DNA of 56,411 nucleotides, counting the filler, from Sphacelaria rigidula (Eukaryota): assembly GCA_964200075.2 (NCBI GenBank). It is 3 parts of 3 records of this genome, joined end to end, with 100 filler letters (N's around TTAATTAATTAA, not from the genome) between each part and the next. Parts side by side here need not be neighbours in the genome. Positions count along the whole stretch, not along the records: positions 1 to 18,741 come from CAXNAA020000802.1; positions 18,842 to 37,579 come from CAXNAA020000803.1; 1 more part is not named here. One strand, written 5' to 3'. Under the pieces are notes generated by a model. That model saw nothing but the letters and a program-made list of their open reading frames with translations. It was not told the DNA's origin and ran no database searches. Of this stretch, positions 12,701-23,400 are shown piece after piece; position 1 is the stretch's first letter; the number at the start of each line of letters is the position of its first letter. The translations under genes were made by a program, and so were the position numbers.

Positions 12701-14931
12701 GTGATCGTTTCAAAAGTGGTGAGTATCATCGCGTCATGTGTGATGAGTGCGCAACATTAACAGTACTGGTCCGTCGTCCATGATACGAGAGTTCGACAGG
12801 GCGGGGCCCCAAAGATCAGTCGGAGTATCGCAATCGCTCCCGGGGTGTATAGTGTATTTACGTATCAAGTCGCGTATCGGACACAGCGGGGATAAGGACG
12901 GGCGCGTGCATGTGTGTGTATGGGGGGGGATAGGGGGGGGGGTATGCAGAAAGGTGACACCAGTGTCAAGCTCCTTCAGTTCCACCGGGAGTACAATGGT
13001 TTGCTGGGCGTTTGGGCTGCAGCATAACGAGTAAAACGACCGAATCAAAAACTGCAAATACAACATGAGATAGGCGTACCCCCGCCCGACGATTGCGGCA
13101 CTAGTGCACGTCCCTCACTTGCCCCAGATAACCAACTCATTGAGCACCCCAACAGCTTGATTTTGCATCATGACTAAAAAAAACAAAAAGAACGTGATGG
13201 AAACAAGGGGGAAGTAATCGATTTGTCCACAAAATCCGAAAGCAGAACTACGTAGTAGGGAGTTGAGCAATAGCTGTTACACTAGTTAATCGCACCTCTC
13301 CTGCCGAGCGCATGTGGTCCTTGAGATCTTGCCACTCCGTTTCCCACGAAAGATTCCCCACATAAACGCGAGTAATTCCGGTCATGACCGCCATCGGAGC
13401 GCCGCCGGCAGTCCCACCCCCGCTGGGTCCCATGGGCATCACGCCCCCGGACACACCGCCGACATTAACGGGCACCACGCCGTCAGGCACAAAAGGAGCT
13501 GGCGCTTGCTCCCCGTAGCCCATCTTCGAGCCGTACACAAGGGTCATTGTCGGCGTTGTCGGTGTTGGAGTTGTCGTATTAACGTAGGCACATGGGGAAG
13601 GAAAGGGTGCAGACAGACGTTTTTGATACCAACGTGTTGAGGTTTGTGTTGGGAAGACTGGAGCAACAACCATATTCAGCTTGCTTCGGATGTACATACT
13701 GCCAAAAATATAAGACAAGAGTCGTTATTGAAGCGAGGCGGTGTGAAGGGACGATCGATGGGTGTATGGGGTGTTCTTGCTTCAGAAGTCGAGTACACAC
13801 ACGCGCGCGCGCTTTCGGAAGCGTGGTGTAGATAAAGCGCGAAGCCGCAAACGTGTACTGTAACACCTTTTCTAGAGCAACGCGAACTGTTTGTCCACTA
13901 CTCGATGGCGTCTAGTCAAGACATTGCACGAGAGGTCCCGGCCAGCTTTTTGGATCCGGTCGAGCTTCACCTACAACCTGTCCCATCAGTCAGCCATTAA
14001 GTACGACCACTCAAGCGATGGGAAGCCAAGGTAATACCACGCAAACGTCTGCTCCGTCAACTGGACAACTCAATCTGTACGTCTGGAAGAGGTAAATATA
14101 AGGGCTTGTCATCTCGGCTACTGTCTGCACAAGGCGTGAAATGAGCCGCCAAAGCCGACGAGAGCAAGCCTTTCCATGTATGGGAGGCGGTCGGACAGTG
14201 GTGATGGAAATGCCAAAATGGGTGGGTGGTCAAGGACACTGAACTGTATAGACGAGACCTGAAAGTTGACTGCTACAAACTTTTTTCATTTCGTGTAACT
14301 GGATTTATTCAATCTACGATGTACTTTTTTCACAAGACGGGATGGCGGTGTTCATGCCGCAGTACATCTCCAACGTGTGATCATGCCGACGGCTGTGCAG
14401 GTCAACGTATCTTAGTCTCTCGACCCAAGAGGTGAATTTTAGGGCGCGTGCTGTCGCATCTCTACGTGGCAACCGCACATGGCAAAGGGCAGTTTTTGTC
14501 CACAAACCCGGACATAACCGAAAAAGGTAATCGAATTTTTGAAAAAAAATATAGTAATAATAAGAGGGGAGACAACCGGTGGATTAATCGCAGTCAATCT
14601 CAAGAGTCTGCCATTGGTGATAAGTGACAGACAGCGAAGACGCGCACGGCGGGAAAGGACTCTTGTTTGTACCTTCTCCATCAAGGCTATATTAGTCTAC
14701 ACGGTTGGGGCAAAAGCGGCACAGTACAGTCGCGCAGAAACCCCATAGCTGCCCGTAGTCCTTTTTCGCAACCATGTGTAACAACAGGGGTGCAAAGCGC
14801 GGTACTTCGTTTCTGACTGTTAAGCCTTTAGCTTAGTGTTGTGTTGTAAGTGCAATTAACAGTATAGCCAGTACAGAACGAAACACGGCTAGATGAAGGC
14901 AGCTCACCCCGTTCTCCACCATGCCCGCCAT
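705..14931 (-). CDS. Gbp1p/GBP2-HRB1-like RRM RNA-binding (G-strand-binding) protein, spliced; 3' end not resolved in window
   Basis: Exons on minus strand with GT/AG and consistent phases: 14931-14908 (MAGMVENG, least certain; alternative start ATG 13547), 13523-13296 (...[25 protein letters not shown]), 2293-2131 ([22 protein letters not shown]...[15 protein letters not shown]), 1642-1491 (Gly-rich linker + [14 protein letters not shown]), 887-705 (DLKDHMR...[37 protein letters not shown]). Two RRMs with the WQDLKDHMR and [10 protein letters not shown] signatures of this family. Confidence 0.9.
3395..3760 (+). mobile_element. tRNA-derived SINE, copy 1
   Basis: Head ccggtcgccccggtggctc... 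with A-box-like motif and B box GGTTCGAATC; body (ccctctcgcgataaaa..., gcgcccacata...) shared with copies at 6711, 18299, 22058 and 26053. Confidence 0.8.
5099..5317. mobile_element. MITE with ~80-bp terminal inverted repeats (CCGT...ACGG, TA-flanked; Tc1/mariner-like ends)
   Basis: ccgtaactgtgcgagtcatcgcacacgccctggacc (left) is the reverse complement of ggtccaggggtgtgcgatgactcgcacaatcacgg (right). Confidence 0.75.
5929..6079. mobile_element. Small MITE/hairpin element with ~53-bp inverted arms
   Basis: gtaacgtcggccgcggtgtacaccatgcctcagcacttgatcaggcagc versus gctgcctgatcaagtgctggggcatagcgtataccgcggccgacgttac. Confidence 0.8.
6711..7186 (+). mobile_element. tRNA-derived SINE, copy 2, with internal duplication of the B-box module
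   Basis: A box TGGCTCAGTTGG, two GGTTCGAATC B boxes (~6769 and ~6894), (CA)n tail. Confidence 0.8.
7778..8183. mobile_element. PIF/Harbinger (Tourist)-like MITE, ~160-bp TIRs, 3-bp TSD TCA
   Basis: tca|GGCCGGATGTTATGGCAAATAGA ... TCTGTCTGCCGTAACATCCGGCC|tca; arms pair over ~160 bp. Confidence 0.85.
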
Positions 14932-15378
14932 AGTCTTGAAAATCACGGAACACCCTCTCTTGATATGCCGAACACCTGACAGCTCTCGGTCCAGCTTTCT
15001 GATCTCTCTGTGAAAAGTTTTTGCAGCGTCCCTGCCTCTCTCCTACTCCAAGCACTGCGAGGTCCTGCGCAGAGTTTGTGGCTACAATCCAGTAAGGCTG
15101 CAAATGTGTGCAGCAACCTGGCTCTCTTACCTGCCATACTTGTATGGTCATCACTCAACGGCGTATTTAACGAACACTTTATTATATTAGTGCTTGGTGT
15201 TGAAACATTCCGATTGGCTCAAGTACCCCCGAGGCCTACTTTTAGAAAATGACTTTAGGTATCACGCGATTATGTAGTTTTGAGGCTCTCAAAGGCTGTG
15301 TGGCAGCAGTAGCAGCAGCGGCAGCACAGCGAGGTCCTCTTCCTTTTGCCACCCCGGCGGTACGAACACTGCTCAAAT
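14932..15378. promoter_or_regulatory. Probable bidirectional promoter/5'UTR region between the RRM gene and RPL23, with a 5'TOP-like pyrimidine tract (15336-15347)
   Basis: Divergent ATGs at 14931(-) and 15379(+); CCTCTTCCTTTT about 30 nt upstream of the RPL23 ATG. Confidence 0.5.
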
Positions 15379-18300
15379 ATGTCCAAGCGTGGTGAGTGGG
15401 ATCGCACATTTATGACCTTTGTTCCGTGAAGGTAGGACAGGCTTTGATGTTCTGCGTTCGTGCCGTGCACCACATCTGATTTGATCAAGTGCTGTCGTTG
15501 CCTGTTCCATGCCGTGAAGCAAGCCCGTCGATTTTCCTGGCTTTGCGTGTCAACTGGCGTGGGACATTCCCGGGCGTGAAGGGATACTTTCTTTCGGTAA
15601 ATGAACGTGTACATGAACAGCACCCGAGTACCTACTGCGCCTTGAGCAACGGTGTTATTTCCGTGACTGGAATCTGTCCGGCAGTACCGTGCGGTATTGC
15701 GGTACCGTCTGTACCTCACCATGCGATCATCTCGATGCAGTGGAGTGCGGTACAAGGTACAGGAGCTGGTCACCAGTGCTTGGCCTTCTCGTGAGCAGGG
15801 GAGGAGGTAGCAAAAATTCACCAAAACGGTGGCATCTTGTCTTGGTGCTGTCATTGAGATTCACATAACAGCAATCGCTCCGCGTGCGCAGCTCCTCACG
15901 ATCACGGCCACATCTTGTGTTTGCCAGCGGGTACTTGTTCGGCTCTGAGCGCCAATACCCACAGCTTGGTCGAAAATCCTATCCACACTCCAGACGTGAC
16001 TGTCAGGCCTCTAGCCAGGCTCTAGAGGGGGAAGGCGGCATGACTGCTTCATCTCCGGTTTGCACGTATATACCCGCCTGGGCATCGAGCAAGACGGTTG
16101 ATTTTGAGGACAGATGTATGACATGAATCTTCTTCTGATATTCCTGCTATGCGATGCACCCGGCAGTGCCGTACATGAAAGACCGTTACAGGCCGAGCAG
16201 AACAGTGCGTGCAGTCTGTCTGCATCTCGGGCAATCACTGTGAATCGTAGCAAACACTTCGACGGTTCGGACAGCTCATCGACGGTTCGAATCACCAAGT
16301 CCATTGTACCTCAGGTCTGGTGGCTCTGAAAAGAGATGAAGTCGACCGCTGGTCAAAAATATTTCCACGCAAGATTTGCGCCATCCCACGTACCTGGGCT
16401 GCGCGTACCTGGGCTGCAACGCTGAAAACGAAGTCTGAGGATTGACTCGTAAAAAACGAATCAATGAGACTAGAATCAAGTAATTTCCACGCGAATGAAT
16501 ACTTGGTCAGACCCTCAACACTCGGCATGAGGACAACGCGCAATGCAGCCAAATAGAGCAACACAGTCCAGTGTGCATCAGTCGATGCCTGCTTTGCACT
16601 GCAGTGAGAAGAACGATTTCATCGCTTTAACGGCCTCCCTATGCTTGCGCTACCGTCTCACATGTCTCGCACACCAGGACGTGCCGGTGCCCAGGGCAAC
16701 AAGTACCGTATGACCCTTGGTCTGCCCGTGGCCGCAGTGATGAACTGCTGCGATAACAGCGGGGCAAAGAACCTGTACATCATCTCAGTCTGCGGAATCA
16801 AGGGCCGCCTGAACCGTCTGCCTTCCGCTGGTGAGAATTGACCCATCTGCGGGGCGGTGCTGACGCCGTAGTCTTTGTGCAAATATGTTGAGGTTGGTTC
16901 CGGATACGTTGCCTTTTTCGATGTCGATTCGTCAACTCCACTGGTCGTCCAGCAAGGACGTGCGTGTTCATTGAGAGCCACACTCATCCTCGGTGATCGC
17001 TTGTCGTCCCGTTGAAGTGCTCGTACCAAATCAAGCGCGGATTACCTTACAATATCCTTTCACGATGAACGTATCTTCCCCCTCCCAGCCGTTTCGTCGA
17101 TTCAGGCATCGGGCCTCGTTTCGGATATGTATCTCAATAACCCCCTCATTTATTGGACGGAGAACTGTGCTACGATGAACTATTCCATGAAAACAAACTC
17201 AACTCCTGGAATGCGCGGTTAGGCCAACTTTGCCACCGCGAGATGAAGATCCGCTTCCCTCCGTGAGGGGAATCTAGCGCAGATATCTTGTCCGCCGTTA
17301 TGGATCAACCCCCCGGAAACTACCTCAGAGTTCGTGTGTCATGGGGAAACTCGAAGTTGGATCAGAAAGAGTTTCTTCAAGTACAGTACAGAGTGCGACA
17401 GATGGTATAGTAACCCTTGGACAGCGAGCGTCGTTTCGGCACGATTCACAGGCTGACAGTCCGGAGACGTTCGAGGGCTCATCTCGCGGTCTAGGAGTTA
17501 ATCCGTCAAGTGCAGCGAGTCTCCCCGAAATGACATATTCTGCCAACCCATGTATTGCGGCATAATCTGCTAATAATGGTGAAAATATACTTTTTTTCGA
17601 GGAGTTTCCTACACACCCTAAACGAAAGATTATTTTCTCGAAAATGTACCGCGTACAGCATGATATCTATTGTATGATGCAATAGTCGATCCCCTACACA
17701 GTACACTTTTTAACTTGTTCCATTGTCCAGGGTCCAACAACCGGGGTGCGAAAGCTGGGCATCTTTTCCCAGTGTGCGAGAGTCGCCCGTCATAACCAGT
17801 GATATGCACTCTTGTAACCCCGAACGCTCGATTCGTCGCTCGGGTAATTTGTTTTCATCGATTGTCTTCCTGTACGTGCCTCAACAAATTGATGTAGAGC
17901 CTACTCCCAGGCGAACATCACCCCGGGTGTTGTCGATTTCTCCCATTTTTCATACTCTGTGAGTATAGACGCCAAGTATATAATAATTGTTCTTGTGTTG
18001 TCATCCGAACTACATCTTTCGATGTGTGAAGACATACCAGCCGGGGTCACACAGAAGGATCGACACTGGCGCTCTCCCTTTTTTATTTGTTTGTAGTACC
18101 CCGCCTTGCTTCTGCGGTGCATGCCATAATCTCCCTTTTCCCAGTCGACCGTTAGGTCGAATTTTGTGTACCCACGACATAGTCGCTCTCCGCTGTTGAG
18201 CATGGTATGAGGAAAAATCCCAGATCGCTCATACAGTTGAACCCACGACCCAACCGTCAAAAGGTTTCCATGTTACCAAAAGAGCCACCGGGGCGACCGA

Positions 18301-18464
18301 CATTGCATTGCCATCTATCACCGTCCCCTTTCTCTGTCCTAAATCATTGGGTGTTCGTAATGCTGCCATGGTCTATGCTTCCCGTTTTGGTCCTGGGTGA
18401 ACAGGTGTGGGCGACATGGTGATGGCAACTGTGAGGAAGGGTAAGCCCGAACTCCGGAAGAAAG
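15379..18464 (+). CDS. RPL23: 60S ribosomal protein L23 (uL14), spliced, 3' exons lost in the assembly gap
   Basis: Exons 15379-15391 (MSKR/G), 16678-16830 ([51 protein letters not shown]), 18405-18464 ([20 protein letters not shown]); all GT-AG, phase 1; sequence is the conserved eukaryotic uL14 N-terminal half. Confidence 0.95.
17990..18299 (-). mobile_element. tRNA-derived SINE, copy 3 (antisense, in RPL23 intron 2)
   Basis: Reverse complement begins cggtcgccccggtggctc... and matches the family body. Confidence 0.8.
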
Positions 18465-18668
18465 GTGAGGCTATGCGCGGTCCCCGCCATACGGTTGAGG
18501 GTGATGATGTTATTGAGGGACACTGCATAATATTCTCGTGATCCTCGATGACCTGTGTACCCGGGTTCTCTGTCAGCTATTGAGTTTCACGTTCAGCACT
18601 GAAAATTGTCGTCAGTCCGTCCCCACCTGTCCGACGAAAATTGACACCTATTGGTGCTCTCGTCCCAT

Positions 18669-18741
18669 GTGTGTGTTGTGTGTTGTCATCCCATTTATTC
18701 TGGGCACCAGTCTACATCTTTCGGTGTATGTGGGTGCATCA
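18669..18741 (-). mobile_element. 3' end of the same SINE family, abutting the contig break
   Basis: tgtgttgtcatcccatttattctgggcaccagtctacatctttcggtgtatgtggg is the reverse complement of the SINE tail. Confidence 0.75.
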
Positions 18742-18841
18742 NNNNNNNNNNNNNNNNNNNNNNNNNNNNNNNNNNNNNNNNNNNNTTAATTAATTAANNN
18801 NNNNNNNNNNNNNNNNNNNNNNNNNNNNNNNNNNNNNNNNN
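18742..18841. other. Scaffold gap with artificial spacer (44 N + TTAATTAATTAA + 44 N)
   Basis: Seen directly; the spacer gives stops in all six frames; identical structure at 37580-37679. Confidence 0.95.
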
Positions 18842-19026
18842 TTGGGCGGGCCGTGCCGCTCGGAGTCCACGTACGCCCCCACGTTTTTTTTTCTGCCTTG
18901 TCTCTCTTTCCTTGTTTTTTTTTTCTTCTTTTCGGTACAGCTACACCCACCCTTCCTTTTTGTTCACAGGAGGCACCCTCCCTCCCTTTCTGACCCGCAC
19001 TACACTTCATACTGTACGTACGGCAG

Positions 19027-20463
19027 GTGTACCGTGCGCTCGAGGCCCAGCGCGTCGCCACGCAAGCCACGCGCGACCCCCTACCGGCACCTGGCGTAGG
19101 CGGTTTCCCTCGAGCCGAGTTTTACACCATCGACATGCCGACCCTCCCTTCGTCTCTCAGGGGAGATACCCATGGCGCAGGTGGGGCAACTAGCGGGGCA
19201 ACGGGGTCGGGAGCAGTGTCCACGGCGGGCCTTGAGCCGACCACGGCCGGGGATAGTCTCGGGCGCGCGGTAAACGTGCTCGCCATGGAACGACTGGGAG
19301 ACAACCTCATGACCCTTTCCCAGGTTGGTGGTCATGTTCGTACTACTGTCCTATTTCGCGAAAAGGTAGTGGAATAACCCGTCGGTTTTTTTTTGGCACC
19401 TCTGCTACTGAGTGCGGAGCGAGTGATGTTTGTGTCGTGTACTGTGCAATGAATGCACACATTTCTCCTTGAAGGAAGGAGGAAGCCTCACCCCGAAATT
19501 TACTCCGCGAATCGGCTCGTGTGCCGTTCACCTTGAAGTTTGGCTAGACCGCCTCGCGGCAGTCATGTGAGGCAGGCGCCTCGGGCGTTCGGAAAGCTTT
19601 GCTTGAGGTAGTGTGGGAGTTGGACCCACCAAAACCCTCTGTCAACTTGACGCAGTCCACACATCGCCCTACTTTTGTAAGCTTCGGCTCTATGTAATTG
19701 TTGGACCCAATTTCCCGGTTCAGAGCAAGTTGTGTTGTTGTTTTTGTTGTATGAGGTAGGACGTGTCATTCGACATTCTGCGGCCGTAGATATTTACGCT
19801 GACGCGGGGGGTGTCATGTACGTGTTGAGAGCCTATTCCTCGGCATGCTTCTCGTTTGTGTGTGTGTGTGTGCTGGATGTGACGTAACACGCCAATTCTG
19901 CAACCGCTTTCACAGTTTTTCATCCCGCCGTGTCTCGGGAACATGCTCGACATGAGCGGAGATTTACAACTCGTGGTTATCTCGAAACGGAAGTCTTCGT
20001 CGGGGTCTCGTGTATATACACTCGCGTCTATCGACCCATGTATCTCCCTGTGCGCGTATGGCGCAATACGCAGGGCTGTCGGGGCGGGCGGTTCTCGTTG
20101 CAAACCACGCTGCGACTTGGTGCCCAGATGGTGTCCCTACTCAGGATGCTCCACTGCACGGGTTACGTGCACAGAGACATCAAACCGGAGAATTTCTGCG
20201 TGGTGAGCTTGTAGACGAGAGGGCGCGCGCACGGGGGGGGGGGGGGGGGAGGGGGGGGGGGGGGGGGGGGGGGTAAGGTGCGGTGAGGTGCAGCGAGGTT
20301 GACTTTTGGCGCAGAAGCGAGGTGGCGATGTGTAACTTTCACAGCGTTATGTGGTTGGTGCCTATGCTACACATACTGTTGAGTAGCCGAAGCCTTGCAA
20401 TATACGAAATATGTGTGTATATCGGAAATAATACTAACGAGACTACCATAAGTACTGCAACTT

Positions 20464-20498
<35 letters not shown>

Positions 20499-23400
20499 GC
20501 CGCCACCACTACCACTTTCATTCCCACTACTACTGACACAAGGGTTTCAGCGGCTTTCGCCGCCACGCTCAGTGAATCAGCAGCCAAGAGACATGAGAAG
20601 CAGTGATTGTTATGTGTGTTGCGTAATGACACATGTCATAGCTCGGAGAAGAAGCCGCAGCTGTTCATCTGCTGAGTACAGTGTGCACTTCCTTGCACAA
20701 ATCTGTTCAGAACTTCAACGGGAAACGATATTGTGTGCGAAACGCGCGCACGGCACGCGCACAAAAAGGTTCAGCACCCGTTGAAATGATCCCGATTCAA
20801 ATAAAAATAAAGGAGTGACAACCGTTGCATCCGGCCCGCTCACTATGAAAAAAGCGCATGCACCGTAAAGTAGCAGCAGCAGTACAGATACAGTAGGAAG
20901 GGTGGCTTTGGCAGGCTGTTGAAATGCGTGGAACATTCCTGGCATGTTCTTTCTCACTTGGGAAACTCGCGGATATGTTCTTCCAGTGCTTCGCTTCTTC
21001 TCTGCGCATGAGAGTTGCGCTTTTTTTGAAAGCCGACCGAAGTTTTCGCCGGGCCTTTTTCATCGGTCCTTTTTTTCACCGGCCATTTTTCCAATGGGCA
21101 TGTCCTTGCAGTGCTGTCGTTTTTCGCTGCACATGAAGGTTTGCATTTCTCTGGACATGAGAGTGGTGGTTCTTGTCTGAAACGATGTCACATCACTGTG
21201 GCTTCCACATCACCGGGCATTTTTTTTCAACAGGGTCGTTGTTTTTTGCTGCAAAATATCCCTGTGCTGCCGTGCTGCTATGCCTTGTTCAACTCGCCAA
21301 CGGCCCATTGGACGGGCTTGTGTTTGCTGGTGACTAAGGCCACGGCAATGTGTCATTGTTTTCAACTGCCTTGCTCTGATGTTCTCGTGACGTTGGCGGC
21401 ATAACCGGTGTGTTCATGCTCCCAAATGAAGGAGGACGCGACAAAGAGGAACACACGAAAAAAAAAAAACCCGCCGAAAGTAATCTTGTTTGAAGATTTC
21501 GATGATCTTTCACAGGCTTTTGTGGTTCGGGTTCCTGCTTCGAGTTTTCCATGGTCTTGAAAAGGCTTTTGTGGTTCGGGATCGATACCCCGCGAATAAG
21601 GGCGTCCATATGTAGTATATATTATAATACCAATATTTTGAACTTCTTTCTGCAAAATTGAACTTCAATTTGAAGTCGGACTAGTAAACCATACCTCTAC
21701 TTTTACCGCCAGTTTGAGCGACTTTCGGTGGCCAGAACACGTGCCACAGGTATCAGATGACACCCAAACCTGAACGGTAATGTACTGCTGAGCCTTCACA
21801 TGATGGTGTTCTGCAAGAGAAAGCGCGGGAAAAACGCCTTGTCGCCAGAGAAAACTCGGCAAAAGTGGTGAAGAATCTGAAATGGTAGATGTACATATAA
21901 TATGTATATATTTCTTGTCGAAAACTGTTACACATGTCATCATCCAACCCTCATCTGTTGACTTTTGCTTTACTCGCCTTCTTGAAACTATACCGTCCCT
22001 CCGTGTGTGCATTTGCTTGCAAAAAACAACTGTGAAAAACATACACACACACACAGCCGGTCGCCCCGGTGGCTCAGTTGGTAACCTCGCAACCGTCTGA
22101 CGGTTGGGTCGTGGGTTCGAATCTCGGAAGCGATCTGGGATTTTTTTTCACATGGTGCCCAACAGGGGAGATCGACTATATCGTGGGTGCACAAAATTCG
22201 ACCTAACGGTCGACGAGGGAAGAGGACTGCTGAGCCCCTCTCACGATAAAAATAAAGACAAGCACCGCAGAAGGAAGGTGGAGAGGTAAAACAGAACAAA
22301 AAATAAACAGCTCCTGTGTTGGCCTTCCTCCTGTGTAACCCCGGCTGGGGCGCCCACATTTACCGAAAGATGTAGACCGACGTTCAGAATAGATGGGACG
22401 ACAACATACGAACACGCACATGACACACACGCACACACGCACACACGCACGCACGCACACACACTCGAAAAAATACAACAGGGTCGTGGAAAGCAATTGG
22501 ATCGGGTATTCCTAATCGACTACGGCCTCGCCTGTCGTGCAGACCACGCCGCGCATCCTCCCGCCCCACCACCTGCCCCTTCAGTAACCCCGCCTTCAAC
22601 AGCGCTTTCAACAGCGCCATCGCCGGCACCAAACCCCATCGGCTTACACAAGGCCCCATCCCGTTCGCCTCCACCGCCTCCCGTGGTGGCAAACACCATC
22701 GGACTACCGAACGCTTCCTCCTCGTCATCTGTGGACCCCCCCTCATCAGCGTCTGCAGCAGTAGTGCCGGCAACAGCGGTGACGATAACTTCGGCAGCAG
22801 TGGGGACGGGGCTGGTGGGGAGCGTGCGGTATCTGAGTGTTGCGGCACACGCGGGGGCTCGGCAGACGCCTCGCTGCGACCTGGAGAGCCTCGGATACGT
22901 GCTGGTTTTTCTTGCTAAGGTAATGCAGCAGCAGCAGTGCGAGGGATGGGCGGGTGGGGGGGGGGGGGCGTACCCATTCGTTGCTTGCATTAGTCGTTTG
23001 ACCATTGACCACGCATCCCTTTCGAGACGGAACATCATTCCTAGAAAATTGAGATACCTCCAACGTTTCGGTGCTCATTACGTTTCTTCCACATACTACA
23101 CAAAACTTCTGCTAATACATAGCTTATCTCCGTCCTGTTGCGCCGTCTGTGGCCATCATCAATCTGATAGGCGTGGGGGGATGGGGGGGGGGCTTACGCC
23201 AAAGTTCGTTCCACAACCTATAGTATCCCTCTAATCTATCCCTGACCCTGTGAGGCAGGGATTGTCTACTATTCCACCGGTAGCATGCACTCGAGACGTT
23301 ATGTTGGATGTACGTGCCAGTGGTGCAACGTCTCCTCCTGCTCTTCTGTTTGAGCACTGTGGCATATTCCAGCAGCTATGGCTGAGGGGTTTGTGAATCG

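Noticed and set aside
18497-18602. Intronic C/D snoRNA in RPL23 (GTGATGA at 18501, CTGA at 18599)
   Set aside because: No terminal stem around both boxes and no rRNA-complementary guide I can recognise; needs snoscan/Rfam.
18786-18797. TTAATTAATTAA as a biological motif
   Set aside because: Centred in N-runs identically at both gaps; synthetic spacer.
20234-20273. Long G-run with G-quadruplex potential
   Set aside because: Similar G/C runs occur in several introns of this window; nothing specific.
22062-22130. tRNA gene
   Set aside because: A and B boxes are present but there is no acceptor stem or 7-nt anticodon loop, and the same ~300-bp body follows in every copy, so it is a SINE head.
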